From the NCBI GenBank assembly GCA_035519415.1, contig DATIWJ010000087.1, forward strand, positions 567-64,566: DNA of 64,000 nt, in the 5' to 3' direction. The notes beneath the pieces were generated by a model. It made no database searches, was not told the origin of the DNA, and saw nothing but the letters and a program-made list of their open reading frames with translations. The DNA comes from Pseudolabrys sp. Lineage in GTDB: Bacteria; Pseudomonadota; Alphaproteobacteria; Rhizobiales; Xanthobacteraceae. Below, one piece after another: positions 8,922 to 19,467 of this stretch. Every line of letters starts with the position of its first letter. Position 1 is the first letter of the stretch. Made by a program: the position numbers and the translations under genes.

Positions 8922-10292
8922 TTAGTCGATTCCAAGCGCCTTGAGCTTGCGATGCAAGGCGGAACGCTCCATGCCGACGAACTCAGCGGTCCGCGAGATA
9001 TTGCCGCCGAACCGGCTGATCTGTGCCACCAAATATTCGCGTTCGAATACCTCCCGGGCATCGCGCAGCGGCAGGCCCATAAGCTGCTCGCCGCCATTTC
9101 CATTCGGCATGCTTGGCACCATTGAGCCCACATCCGGCGGCAGCATGCTCGCATTCATGACAGCCTCCGGGTCGCCGCCAGCAAGAATCATCAAACGTTC
9201 GATGTTGTTTCGCAGCTGTCTTACGTTGCCTGGCCAGCTATGCGATTGCAAAACTGCCATGGCATCATCGCCGATCCGCCGCTTCGGCAAGCCGGTCGCC
9301 AACGAAATCTGATCCATGAAATAATCGACGAGATCGGGAACATCCTCGCGCCGTTCCGCCAGCGGCGGCACACGGATCGGCACGACCGCAAGACGATGAT
9401 AGAGGTCTTCGCGAAATTTACCTTCGGCGATCAGCACTTCGAGATTGCGCGCGGTCGACGATACGATCCGGACATCGACGGCTATTTTGGTGCTGCCGCC
9501 GACCCGCTGGAAGGTTTGGTCCACGAGCACGCGCAAGATCTTGTTTTGCGTCTCGCGCGGAAGCTCGGCAATGTCATCAATAAACAGTGTGCCGCCATGG
9601 GCTTCTTCGAGAGCCCCCGACTTGCGTCCTTCCGAGCCGTTGGATTGATCGACTCCGAACAGTTCGATTTCCATGCGATCCGGTGTAATCGCGGCTGCGT
9701 TGATGACGATGAAGGGACCGCTCGCCCGTCCGGATAATTGATGAAGCGTTCGCGCGGCGAGTTCCTTGCCCGCCCCCGAAGGACCGACCACAAGCACACG
9801 GCTATTGGTAGGCGCTACGCGTTCGATGGCCTGACGCAATTGCCCCATCGTCGCCGACCGCCCAATCAGCGTCGAGGGCTGCGGCGACATCTGCTTGAGT
9901 TGCTTGACCTCGCGTTTGAGTCGTGAGTTTTCCAGGGCGCGGTCCGCGACGAGAACCAGACGGTCAGCCTTGAACGGCTTCTCGATAAAATCGTAGGCGC
10001 CATGTTTTATGGCAGCCACAGCGGTTTCGATGTTGCCGTGACCGGAAATCATCACGACAGGCAATTCAGCATGCTCTTGCTTGACGGCGTCAAGCAATTG
10101 CAGGCCGTCGAGTTTGCTGCCTTGCAACCAGATATCCAGAAAAACCAGATTTGGCCGACGCGTTGTGATTGCCGTCAACGCGTCATCGCTGTTACGCGCG
10201 GTCCGCGTGCTGTAACCTTCATCCTGCAAGATCCCCGCCACGAGATCGCGGATATCTGCTTCATCATCGACGATTAATATTTCCGAGGCCAT
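8922..10292 (-). CDS. ntrX: Sigma54-family response regulator NtrX
   Basis: Receiver (VDDE, DIWL), AAA+ domain lacking GAFTGA, C-terminal HTH ERSALHRKLK; follows ntrY. Confidence 0.95.
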   Translation of the reverse strand: MASEILIVDDEADIRDLVAGILQDEGYSTRTARNSDDALTAITTRRPNLVFLDIWLQGSKLDGLQLLDAVKQEHAELPVVMISGHGNIETAVAAIKHGAYDFIEKPFKADRLVLVADRALENSRLKREVKQLKQMSPQPSTLIGRSATMGQLRQAIERVAPTNSRVLVVGPSGAGKELAARTLHQLSGRASGPFIVINAAAITPDRMEIELFGVDQSNGSEGRKSGALEEAHGGTLFIDDIAELPRETQNKILRVLVDQTFQRVGGSTKIAVDVRIVSSTARNLEVLIAEGKFREDLYHRLAVVPIRVPPLAERREDVPDLVDYFMDQISLATGLPKRRIGDDAMAVLQSHSWPGNVRQLRNNIERLMILAGGDPEAVMNASMLPPDVGSMVPSMPNGNGGEQLMGLPLRDAREVFEREYLVAQISRFGGNISRTAEFVGMERSALHRKLKALGID

Positions 10293-12538
10293 CAGGTCAC
10301 TCGCACATGATCTTTGGATTTTTCGGGCTCAGGGTCGACTTTGCCTTCGGCGGCAAAACGTAACCGCACCCAGGCACCGCGTTGCTCGGGAATTTTCTCG
10401 GCAGCATCACGCAGCTCAATGCTTCCGCCATGCTCCTCGGCGATCCGCCCCACGATGGCAAGGCCAAGCCCTGTCCCCTTCTCCCGTGTGGTGACATAGG
10501 GCTCAAGCAACCGGCTGCGGTTTGCTGTCGGCAAGCCAATGCCGTTATCAACCACATCGATCACAATGTCCGCGCCATCTCGTGCTGCGTAAACGCGAAT
10601 TTTGCCCTTCCCCAGCTCACCCGGAGGCACGGCCGCAATTGCCTCAGTCCCGTTCTTGATAATGTTGGTCAGTGCCTGCGAGATCAAACGCCGGTCAAAT
10701 CGCGCCGGCATCGGATCTTCCGCGATCTCTGTTTCTATATCGATTTCCGAATTTCCGACGCGCATCAGAAATACGGTTTGCCGCACCACATCGGCGACAT
10801 CTTCCGAAGCAAGCACCGGTTTCGGCATCCGCGCAAAATGAGAAAATTCATCAACCATCCGCCTTATGTCATCGACCTGCCGGACAATGGTGTCGGTGCA
10901 CTGCTCGAAAACGCCGCGGTCTTCGCCAATCATTTTTCCGTATTTGCGGCGCAAACGCTCGGCTGAAAGCTGAATTGGTGTGAGCGGATTCTTGATCTCA
11001 TGCGCGATGCGCCGCGCAACGTCGGCCCAGGCGGATGTGCGTTGGGCGGTCACTAGATCGGTGATATCGTCGAGTGTCACCACGTAACCGCGATCGGAAT
11101 CGCCCGATTGTTCGCTGGTGACCCGCACCGATAAATTGCGTTCCCGACCGTTACGGCTGATCGTGATCTGATCCTGCGTGGGAGCGCCCGATTGTGCGCC
11201 GGCCATGATGTCCGCGAGCTCAGGCAGCACTTCGTTCAGTGGCCGGCCAAGCGCTTCGCTCTCGGCGCGTCCGATCAATTTTTCTGCCGATCGGTTGAGG
11301 ATGCTGACATTTCCGGCGTTATCAACGCCAATAACGCCAGCGCTGGCGCCAGCAAGCACGGCTTCCGTAAATCGCCGGCGGCTGTCGATAAGATCGCGCG
11401 CATGCATGATGTCATCGCGCTGCGTGCGCAACTCCTGCGTCATGCGGTTGAAAGTTTCGCCAAGGTGCGCGAGATCGCCTTCTGCTTGCCGTACCGGCAC
11501 GCGAACATAAAGATTTCCTGTTGAGACGGCGTTGGCGGCTCCGATGAGTCGTCGGATCGGCGCAACCAGACGGTTGGCGAAATTGAAGCCAATCCAGACC
11601 GCCGAAAGAAGAACGATCAAGGCGATTACCGTGTACATCAATGCAAAGGCCACTTGTACGCCAACGCGTCGCGATTCAATGGCGGCATATTCAGTGACGC
11701 TTGCCCGGGTGGCCTGCAGCTGCGGTACGACGCGTGGGTCGAGCAGGCGGGTTATATAGAGGTAATAATTTTCGTATTGATCGAGCTTGATAATCGCCGC
11801 GACATAGTTCGTGTCCGGCAACAGGACGATTTGCGGCTCTTTCTCGGTAATGTGAGACAATGCATCGCGCGGCGGCAATGCGAAGGTCTGGTTCACATTC
11901 AGGTCAGCACGCGCGATGACCTTGAGATCTTTGTCGATCACGATCGCGGCTGCCAGCCCGCGCACAGACGCCTGGAAGGTGAGAAACTGCCGGAGCTTGT
12001 CCGGATCTTGGTCGAATATCGCTTTGGTGCGCCCGATATCGAAAGCCATCACCATGATGTCGGATCGAACGATCTGCGCATGATCGCGCAGGTAAGCTTC
12101 CGCGACGATTAGCGAGTTCTCGATTGCCGAGCGCGTGCGCGTGGAAAATAACCGATCGAGACCACGGTCGAGTGTCACACTCGCCACGATCGCCACCATG
12201 ATTGCCGGAGCGGCGGCGATGATGGAGAACAGCCCTACGATGCGCACGTGCAGCCGCGCAGCAGCGCGTCCGCTGCGCCGGGCCTGCACCACCTGCCACA
12301 CTTCCCGGACGATGAGGCTGAGTAGCAGCAAGACCGTCGCTGCATTCGCAAGCAGCAGCGTCACGACGACATTGTGGGTCGGCGAAATGGGTGTGAGGTC
12401 GGCTAGAACGACGAAGGTGGCGAAGGCCGACAGCAACGCAAGCGCGACCGCCATCGGGCCGAGAACGCGTGTTTCCCCACGTTTCGCGGGTGCGCCGGCA
12501 AGCGCTGTCTCGGCTGTGGCGGCCTGTTCGACGCTCAT
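10292..12538 (-). CDS. ntrY: Sensor histidine kinase NtrY
   Basis: TM helices, HAMP, PAS, H-box [16 protein letters not shown]-boxes DNGIG / GTGLGL. Confidence 0.95.
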   Translation of the reverse strand: MSVEQAATAETALAGAPAKRGETRVLGPMAVALALLSAFATFVVLADLTPISPTHNVVVTLLLANAATVLLLLSLIVREVWQVVQARRSGRAAARLHVRIVGLFSIIAAAPAIMVAIVASVTLDRGLDRLFSTRTRSAIENSLIVAEAYLRDHAQIVRSDIMVMAFDIGRTKAIFDQDPDKLRQFLTFQASVRGLAAAIVIDKDLKVIARADLNVNQTFALPPRDALSHITEKEPQIVLLPDTNYVAAIIKLDQYENYYLYITRLLDPRVVPQLQATRASVTEYAAIESRRVGVQVAFALMYTVIALIVLLSAVWIGFNFANRLVAPIRRLIGAANAVSTGNLYVRVPVRQAEGDLAHLGETFNRMTQELRTQRDDIMHARDLIDSRRRFTEAVLAGASAGVIGVDNAGNVSILNRSAEKLIGRAESEALGRPLNEVLPELADIMAGAQSGAPTQDQITISRNGRERNLSVRVTSEQSGDSDRGYVVTLDDITDLVTAQRTSAWADVARRIAHEIKNPLTPIQLSAERLRRKYGKMIGEDRGVFEQCTDTIVRQVDDIRRMVDEFSHFARMPKPVLASEDVADVVRQTVFLMRVGNSEIDIETEIAEDPMPARFDRRLISQALTNIIKNGTEAIAAVPPGELGKGKIRVYAARDGADIVIDVVDNGIGLPTANRSRLLEPYVTTREKGTGLGLAIVGRIAEEHGGSIELRDAAEKIPEQRGAWVRLRFAAEGKVDPEPEKSKDHVRVT

Positions 12539-12612
12539 TGACCCCTGGCAGCGACAAATTGGGAGGAGTGGCCGTCCTACTGGACGTCTCCGCGAGTAGT
12601 GATGCTTTTATA

Positions 12613-12623
12613 CAACAATGTTG
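12613..12623. promoter_or_regulatory. Palindrome CAACAATGTTG upstream of ntrY, candidate NtrX site
   Basis: CAA-N5-TTG, resembles the short motif reported for rhizobial NtrX; low information content. Confidence 0.3.
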
Positions 12624-12677
12624 CCGAATTGCGACAAATCCGCGGCGTGATTCGCTCGAAATTCACCGGGCTGGCGA

Positions 12678-14132
12678 TCAGTTGCCGCCGCGATAAACCT
12701 GAATATCGAGATCGCGGATCTTCTTCCGTAGTGTATTGCGATTGAGGCCCAGAAGGTCTGCTGCGCGGATTTGATTGCCGCGGGTGGCCGCCAAAGCCGC
12801 TGTCAGCAAGGGATATTCGACCTCACGCAGAATACGATGATAGAGGCCGGCCGGCGGCAAGCCGTCGTCGAACCCCGAAAAATAGGCTGCGAGATGCCGC
12901 TCAACGGCGCCACTGAGATTTTCTTCCCGATGCGGCTCCTCGCTGCCGAGCGGAAGCGACGGCTGCGCCAGCTCGGCATCCACAACCGCGAGGCTGATGG
13001 TTTCCTGCGGATAGAGAGCCGCCAGCCGGCGCGCCAGGTTCTCAAGTTCACGGACGTTGCCGGGCCAGCGGTGTCGCTTGAGGCGATCGAGCGCGGCCTG
13101 CTCCATTTGTTTTGGCGGCAAGCCCTCGCGCTGCGCCTGCGCGAAGAAATGGCGAATGAGGTCGGGTATATCCTCGGCGCGCTCGCGCAGCGGCGGTAGG
13201 CGGATCGGCACGACGTTAAGGCGGAAGAACAAATCTTCCCGGAACAAACCTTGCTGGATCAACAACCGCAGATCCTTGTTCGTCGCGGCGATGATGCGCA
13301 CGTCGCTCTTGATCGGCGTCCGCCCGCCAACGGTCGTGTACTCGCCCTGTTGCAGCACGCGCAACAATCGCGTTTGTGCCTCCATCGGCATATCGCCGAT
13401 CTCGTCGAGAAAAAGTGTTCCGCCCTCGGCCTGCTCAAAACGGCCGGCGCTGCGAGTGTTGGCACCGGTGAATGAACCTTTTTCGTGGCCAAACAATTCG
13501 GATTCGATAAGGTCGCGCGGGATCGCGGCCATGTTGATGGCCACAAAAGTGCCAGCGCGCCGTTTGCCGTAGTCATGCAATGCGCGGGCTACCAATTCCT
13601 TGCCTGTCCCGGACTCGCCCGAAATCATCACCGTCAGGTCGGTCTGCATCAACCTCGCCAGCACGCGATAAATTTCCTGCATGGCCGCCGATCGGCCAAC
13701 AAGCGGGATGCTTTCAAACTCTTCGCTTTTGACAGCAGCCGGACGCGGGTTTTTTGGCTCTGACAGCGCGCGACCAACAATGGCAATGAGTTCCTTCAGA
13801 TCGAACGGTTTCGGCAGATATTCATAGGCACCCCGCTCGGAAGCGCGAATTGCCGTCATGAAAGTGTTTTGGGCACTCATGACAACAATGGGCAGATCGG
13901 GACGCGCCTTGCGGATGCGCGGAATGAGATCGAAAGCATTTTCGTCAGGCATCACGACGTCGGTAATCACCAGATCGCCATCTCCCTGAGTGACCCAACG
14001 CCACAGCGTTGCGGCATTTCCGGTAGAGCGCACCTCGTATCCGGCGCGCGAGAGTGCTTGATTGAGGACGGTGCGGATCGCGGCATCGTCGTCGGCAACC
14101 AAGATGCTTCCCGTCGGCATGTCTTGCCTCAC
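12678..14132 (-). CDS. ntrC: Nitrogen regulation response regulator NtrC
   Basis: Receiver, [28 protein letters not shown]. Confidence 0.96.
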   Translation of the reverse strand: MRQDMPTGSILVADDDAAIRTVLNQALSRAGYEVRSTGNAATLWRWVTQGDGDLVITDVVMPDENAFDLIPRIRKARPDLPIVVMSAQNTFMTAIRASERGAYEYLPKPFDLKELIAIVGRALSEPKNPRPAAVKSEEFESIPLVGRSAAMQEIYRVLARLMQTDLTVMISGESGTGKELVARALHDYGKRRAGTFVAINMAAIPRDLIESELFGHEKGSFTGANTRSAGRFEQAEGGTLFLDEIGDMPMEAQTRLLRVLQQGEYTTVGGRTPIKSDVRIIAATNKDLRLLIQQGLFREDLFFRLNVVPIRLPPLRERAEDIPDLIRHFFAQAQREGLPPKQMEQAALDRLKRHRWPGNVRELENLARRLAALYPQETISLAVVDAELAQPSLPLGSEEPHREENLSGAVERHLAAYFSGFDDGLPPAGLYHRILREVEYPLLTAALAATRGNQIRAADLLGLNRNTLRKKIRDLDIQVYRGGN

Positions 14133-15274
14133 GAGCTCTGGACCGACGGCGCATCGCCAGTGACTTCGCCGTCGCCGCTGTAAACCGGCATGAGCACGCG
14201 GAAGATGGTCCGCCGCGGCTGTGATTCACATTCGATAATGCCCCCGTGGTCGCCAACAATCTTGGCCACCAATGCGAGACCGAGGCCGCTGCCACTTTGC
14301 TTTGTGGTGACGAAAGGATCAAACAAATGCGGCATCAGGTCTTCGGGCACGCCCGGGCCGTTGTCCTTCACGCAAAACTCTAGCGGTAACGATACGCGCG
14401 TTTTACTGCCGGGGACGGACAGCCGCACGCCGGGACGGAAAGCGGTTGTAAGCTGAATTTCGCCGTCAGTTGCCGTTTCGCCGATAGCCTCGGCGGCATT
14501 CTTGAGCAGGTTGAGAAAAACCTGAACAAGCTGATCGCGATTGGCAAGAACGAGTGGCAACGAGGGGTCATACTCTTCGACGAATTTGATGTGGCGTCCA
14601 AAACCCGATTGGGCGAGCCGTTTTACGTGGTCCAGTATGACGTGAATATTCACTGGCTCGCGGTCGATAGGGCGCTCGTCTGCAAATACTTCCATGCGAT
14701 CGACCAGCTTCACGATGCGATCGGTCTCATCACAGATCAGCTTCGTCAGCGGCCGATCATCATCCCCCGCCGACTGCTCGAGCAGCTGTGCGGCGCCGCG
14801 AATGCCCGACAGCGGATTTTTGATTTCATGCGCCAACATCGCTGCCAGCGCGATAACCGAACGTGCTGCTCCGCGATGGGTCAGTTGGCGATCCATCTTG
14901 TCGGCTATGGTGCGCTCCTGCAGCATGACCACGACGTGTTCAGGATATTCGGGCAATGGCGCCACATAGAGGTCCACCAGGCGCTCGCCCGGATTGCGTG
15001 GCGTTGCAAGGTCGACCTTGTATTCGTTAACCGCCGCACCACGCTGCCGTACCTGTTCGATCAGCGGCAGCAACGGAGAACCGAACGGCACCAGTTCCCG
15101 CAGCATGTGCCGGCGCAACATTGCGGTTGACGCCTCGAAGAACTGTTCCGCCGCAACATTGGCGTCGGCAATTTTGCCGTCGGGCGACACCATGATCACC
15201 GGGTGTGGCAGCGCATGCATCATCGCGTCGGCTGGTGTGTTGACGATCGCCGAGATGGCCTGGGCACGGGTCAT
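14129..15274 (-). CDS. ntrB: Nitrogen regulation sensor kinase NtrB
   Basis: [33 protein letters not shown]; ATG at 15274 overlapping the dusB stop preferred over ORF-track start 15424. Confidence 0.95.
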   Translation of the reverse strand: MTRAQAISAIVNTPADAMMHALPHPVIMVSPDGKIADANVAAEQFFEASTAMLRRHMLRELVPFGSPLLPLIEQVRQRGAAVNEYKVDLATPRNPGERLVDLYVAPLPEYPEHVVVMLQERTIADKMDRQLTHRGAARSVIALAAMLAHEIKNPLSGIRGAAQLLEQSAGDDDRPLTKLICDETDRIVKLVDRMEVFADERPIDREPVNIHVILDHVKRLAQSGFGRHIKFVEEYDPSLPLVLANRDQLVQVFLNLLKNAAEAIGETATDGEIQLTTAFRPGVRLSVPGSKTRVSLPLEFCVKDNGPGVPEDLMPHLFDPFVTTKQSGSGLGLALVAKIVGDHGGIIECESQPRRTIFRVLMPVYSGDGEVTGDAPSVQSS

Positions 15275-16326
15275 GCGGCAGTCCTCAAGGCCAGATCGTC
15301 GTAGGCTTCGGCAAGAAAACGCCTTGCCAGTGAGGGCGCTTCCGCGGTGAGAACGCGATTGCGATAACGCTTGACCAGCTCGATCGGCGCGCCAGTAGTT
15401 ACCGCTGCGGAATCGAGCGCCCACCCAAGATGTTTGCGGGCATGACGGCGACCGATGGCTTCGCCATGATGTTGCAGCATCTCATCGTAAAGCCTGTCGA
15501 CCAGTTTGAATTGTTCGCTGAGCGGCGGAGCCTGCTCGCGTGTGCCGGTCGCGAGGTAGCGCGCAACCTGCCCCGGAAACCAGGGTCGGCCCTGCACCGC
15601 ACGGCCAATCATGACCGCGTCGGCCCCGGAAATAGCCAGCGCGCGTATGGCATCCTCAAATGAGCGGATATCGCCGTTGACAACGACCGGAACCGAGACG
15701 GCTTGCTTGACGGCTCGCACGGCCTGCCAATCGGCAGAGCCGTCATAAAACTGGCACCGGGTCCTGCCGTGGACCGTGATGAGCTTGATTCCGGCACCTT
15801 CCGCGCGGCGTGCGAGTTCCGGCGCATTGATGGTCGAGGTGTCCCAGCCAAGCCGCATCTTAAGGGTGACTGGCACGCGGACGGCGCCCACCGTTGCTTC
15901 GATCAAGGCCAGCGCGTGGTCGAGATCGCGCATGAGCGCTGACCCTGCCACACCATTGGTGACCTGCTTGGAGGGGCAACCCATGTTGATATCGATGATG
16001 TCGGCACCTTGGGCTTCGGCAATGCGGGCGCCTTCCGCCATCCATCGCGCCTCACAACCCGCGAGCTGCACGACGTGAATTCCGACGCCAGCGCCTTCGC
16101 TTCGAACGCTGGCCTCGCGTTCCCCCCGCACCAGTCCAGCGCAGGCGGTCATTTCCGAAATGACGAGGCCGGCACCGAGCCGCTCGGCCATCCGCCGGAA
16201 CGGCGTGTCGGTAATTCCGGACATTGGAGCCAAAAAGACCCGGTTAGGCACCGCAACCGACCCGACTGCAATCGAGCTGGACGGAAAACCCCTAAATTCA
16301 AAGCCCCCGGACCGCTTGCCTATCAT
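15271..16326 (-). CDS. dusB: tRNA-dihydrouridine synthase DusB (NifR3)
   Basis: [31 protein letters not shown]; canonical nifR3-ntrBC order; exact start uncertain. Confidence 0.93.
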   Translation of the reverse strand: MIGKRSGGFEFRGFPSSSIAVGSVAVPNRVFLAPMSGITDTPFRRMAERLGAGLVISEMTACAGLVRGEREASVRSEGAGVGIHVVQLAGCEARWMAEGARIAEAQGADIIDINMGCPSKQVTNGVAGSALMRDLDHALALIEATVGAVRVPVTLKMRLGWDTSTINAPELARRAEGAGIKLITVHGRTRCQFYDGSADWQAVRAVKQAVSVPVVVNGDIRSFEDAIRALAISGADAVMIGRAVQGRPWFPGQVARYLATGTREQAPPLSEQFKLVDRLYDEMLQHHGEAIGRRHARKHLGWALDSAAVTTGAPIELVKRYRNRVLTAEAPSLARRFLAEAYDDLALRTAA

Positions 16327-16489
16327 TTAGGCTAACCTTTTTGATGCTCATACTTTAGCCATTTCGCTACGCAACGCAAGTGCTGCAGTGCAAAAAAATG
16401 TTCATGGAATAGAGGCTGTGCAAGTGCTTATCGCGTTCCCGCCGCGAGACGAACGCGCTAAAGGCAGAGGGCTCGAGGGGAGTATTCGG

Positions 16490-17659
16490 ATGGCGCAAGT
16501 CGCAGCCGTTGTAGTCGCTGCCGGGCAAGGCGTACGCGTGGGCGGCGATTTGCCCAAGCAGTTCCGGCGCGTTGCCGGTCAAACGCTGCTTGAACGCGCC
16601 CTGTCGGCCTTCGCGGACGTCCCCAACATCGCCTTTGTGCAGCCCGTCGTACGCCCGAACGACTTGGCCCTCGTTAGCGCCTTGTCCCACAACCTGAATG
16701 TTCTCGAACCGGTATCGGGCGGCGCTACCCGCCAGGCGTCGGTACGGGCCGGACTCGAAGCGCTATTGCCGCGCTCACCTGACATCGTCCTTGTCCACGA
16801 CGCGGCGCGGCCTTTTGCGAGCGCGGACCTCATTGCGCGCGCCATCGCGGCGGTCGAGAAAACCGGCGCAGCCATTCCCGCTCTACCTGTCACCGACACT
16901 GTCAAACGTGTCGACGAGGCCGGCATGGTGGCGGCAACCGTTGACCGTAATGCCATCCGCTTGGTGCAAACGCCGCAGGCTTTCGCATTCCCTGCCCTGC
17001 TGCAGGCGCATCGGGACGCCGCCGCGCAAGGGCGCAGCGATTTTACCGACGACGCCGCACTCGCCGAGTGGGCCGGGATGAAAGTGAGCGTATTCGCCGG
17101 CGAGCCCGGCAATATCAAACTCACGACACCGGAAGATTTTGCACGCGCGGAAGTCATGCAATCTGCCGTGCTTGGCGATGTGCGTACCGGCTCGGGCCTG
17201 GACGTGCATGCATTCGGTCCGGGTGATCACGTCATCCTCGGCGGCATCCGCATTCCACACGGCAAGGCGCTCACCGGTCACTCCGATGCCGACGTGGCGC
17301 TGCATGCCCTGACCGATGCCATCCTGGGCGCACTCGCCGATGGCGACATCGGCGCGCATTTCCCGCCGAGCGACCCGCAGTGGCGCGGCGCATCATCCGA
17401 CCGTTTCCTCGCATTTGCCGTCGAACGCGTGCGCGCCCGCGGCGGCCGGATCGCCCATCTCGATCTTACGATCGTCTGTGAAGCGCCACGCATTGGCGAG
17501 CATCGTGACGCCATGCGCACGAGCATCGCGCGACTTGCCGGCATCGACATTGACCGGGTAGCCGTCAAGGCGACGACCAGTGAGAAGCTCGGTTTCACCG
17601 GACGCGGCGAAGGCATCGCGGCCTATGCAACGGCAACCGTTCGCCTGCCGTGGGGCTGA
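16490..17659 (+). CDS. ispDF: Bifunctional IspD/IspF
   Basis: [28 protein letters not shown], then [30 protein letters not shown]; ATG 16490 after GGGGAG. Confidence 0.95.
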   Translation: MAQVAAVVVAAGQGVRVGGDLPKQFRRVAGQTLLERALSAFADVPNIAFVQPVVRPNDLALVSALSHNLNVLEPVSGGATRQASVRAGLEALLPRSPDIVLVHDAARPFASADLIARAIAAVEKTGAAIPALPVTDTVKRVDEAGMVAATVDRNAIRLVQTPQAFAFPALLQAHRDAAAQGRSDFTDDAALAEWAGMKVSVFAGEPGNIKLTTPEDFARAEVMQSAVLGDVRTGSGLDVHAFGPGDHVILGGIRIPHGKALTGHSDADVALHALTDAILGALADGDIGAHFPPSDPQWRGASSDRFLAFAVERVRARGGRIAHLDLTIVCEAPRIGEHRDAMRTSIARLAGIDIDRVAVKATTSEKLGFTGRGEGIAAYATATVRLPWG

Positions 17660-17663
17660 TGCG

Positions 17664-18188
17664 ATGGCGGACACGAAATTGCACGATGCAGCGAACGCGT
17701 TGCTCGAAATCTGCAAGACAAAAAAACTGACATTGGCGACGGCCGAATCCTGCACGGGCGGGTTGGTCGCAGCGGCAATCAGTGAAATTGCCGGATCCTC
17801 CCAGGTGCTTGACCGCGGCTTTGTTACCTATTCAAACACCGCCAAGCAGCAAATGCTGGGAGTGACGCCCGCAACAATTGATGTCTACGGTGCAGTGAGT
17901 CACGAATGTGCCGAGGAAATGGCCAAAGGTGCATTGGCGCACGCTTCTGTCGATCTCGCCGTTTCAATTACGGGAATCGCAGGCCCGACTGGTGCAGTCC
18001 CCGGCAAACCAATTGGCCTTGTATTTTTTTGCGCTGCTTCACGCAGCGGCCGGGTCATCGCGCATGATCGCAAATATGGCGACATCGGCCGTGCCAATGT
18101 GCGCCATGAATCGGTTTTGCAGGCGCTGGCCATGCTGCAAGAGCTGGCGGAAAAAGAAGAGCCCAGGCCACCCGCTGGTAAAAGTTAG
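17664..18188 (+). CDS. cinA: CinA family (NMN deamidase domain) protein
   Basis: ATAESCTGG, RGFVTYSN, SITGIAGP. Confidence 0.9.
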   Translation: MADTKLHDAANALLEICKTKKLTLATAESCTGGLVAAAISEIAGSSQVLDRGFVTYSNTAKQQMLGVTPATIDVYGAVSHECAEEMAKGALAHASVDLAVSITGIAGPTGAVPGKPIGLVFFCAASRSGRVIAHDRKYGDIGRANVRHESVLQALAMLQELAEKEEPRPPAGKS

Positions 18189-18329
18189 CATTCATCGTCA
18201 AGTGGGGGCTTTTGCTTTGTCCCCATTGGCGTAAGATTGTTTAGTCGGCCGCCGTCACGAGGCGACTTTAGACATTCATGAGTAGAATCTCCTTCGGTCG
18301 GCGGACCGGCGTCAACGAGGGGAAACGCC

Positions 18330-19415
18330 ATGAAACGTCGTCAATTCCTGCAAGCCGCGGGCGTGGGGCTCGCTGCATCGGCTGTTGCCGCACCTGCAAT
18401 TGCACAAACGCCAGAATTGAAATGGCGGCTGACAGCAAGCTGGCCGAAGTCGCTCGATACGCTCTACGGCGGCTGTGAATATTTCGCCAAGCGTGTTGCC
18501 GAGATTACCGACAACAAATTCCAGATCCAAGTCTTCGCCGCCGGCGAGATCGTCCCCGGTCTGCAGGTCCTCGACGCGGTCCAAGGCGGCACGGTCGAGA
18601 TGGGTAACACCGCGATGTACTACTATTTCGGCAAGGACCCGGCCTTCACCTTCGGCACGGCGTTGCCCTTCGGTCTGAATACACGCCAGATGATTTCGTG
18701 GGTCCGTCACGGTGGCGGCGAAGAGCTGCTGAATGGCCTACTCAACGACTACAACTGCATCGGCTTTGCGGCGGCCAACACCGGCGCCCAGATGGGCGGC
18801 TGGTTCCGCAAGGAGATCAACACGAGCGAGGATCTCAAGGGACTTAAATTTCGCGTCGGCGGTTTTGCTGGCTTGATCTTGCAGAGGGTCGGCGTTGTGC
18901 CGCAACAACTCGCGGCCGGCGACATTTATCCGGCACTGGAGAAAGGCACGATCGACGCCTGCGAATGGGTCGGTCCTTACGACGATGAAAAGCTCGGCTT
19001 TGCGAAAATCGCCAAGTACTACTATTACCCGGGCTGGTGGGAGGGCTGCGGCCAGGCTCACAATCTCATCAATCTCCAGAAATGGCGCGAACTTCCCAAG
19101 CCTTATCAGTCGGCAATCATCACAGCATCCAACGACGCCTGGGTGTGGACGTTGTCGAAATACGACTACGTCAATCCACCCGCCCTCTTGCGGCTGGCAG
19201 CCACCGGCACGCAACTACGCGCGTTCCCGCAGCCGGTGCTTGAAGACTGTTACAAGGCGGCAAGCGGCCTTTACGACGAGTTGTCGAAGACCAGACCGCA
19301 CTTCAAGAAACTCTACGAGAGCCTCGTGCCCTACCGCACGAACGCCTACGCGTGGTTGCAGGTCGCCGAGCTCGGGTTCGACAGCTTCCAGATCCGCATG
19401 CGCGCACGGACCTGA
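18330..19415 (+). CDS. TRAP transporter substrate-binding protein (DctP/TakP-like), Tat-exported
   Basis: Twin-arginine signal MKRRQFL, FAAGEIVP, GWFRKEI, LKGLKFR, EWVGPYDD, YYYPGWWE. Confidence 0.88.
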   Translation: MKRRQFLQAAGVGLAASAVAAPAIAQTPELKWRLTASWPKSLDTLYGGCEYFAKRVAEITDNKFQIQVFAAGEIVPGLQVLDAVQGGTVEMGNTAMYYYFGKDPAFTFGTALPFGLNTRQMISWVRHGGGEELLNGLLNDYNCIGFAAANTGAQMGGWFRKEINTSEDLKGLKFRVGGFAGLILQRVGVVPQQLAAGDIYPALEKGTIDACEWVGPYDDEKLGFAKIAKYYYYPGWWEGCGQAHNLINLQKWRELPKPYQSAIITASNDAWVWTLSKYDYVNPPALLRLAATGTQLRAFPQPVLEDCYKAASGLYDELSKTRPHFKKLYESLVPYRTNAYAWLQVAELGFDSFQIRMRART

Positions 19416-19431
19416 TATAGCAGTGAGCGTT

Positions 19432-19467
19432 AGCGGCTCCGGAGCGCTTGGCTCCGGGGCCGCTTTT
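19432..19467. terminator. Terminator hairpin between convergent dctP and TPR genes
   Basis: 14-bp stem AGCGGCTCCGGAGC-GCTTG-GCTCCGGGGCCGCT (one G-U pair) ending in TTTT. Confidence 0.7.

Noticed and set aside
16345-16361. Possible NtrC site upstream of dusB-ntrBC
   Set aside because: TGCTCATACTTTAGCCA matches TGCAC-N7-GTGCA too poorly to support.
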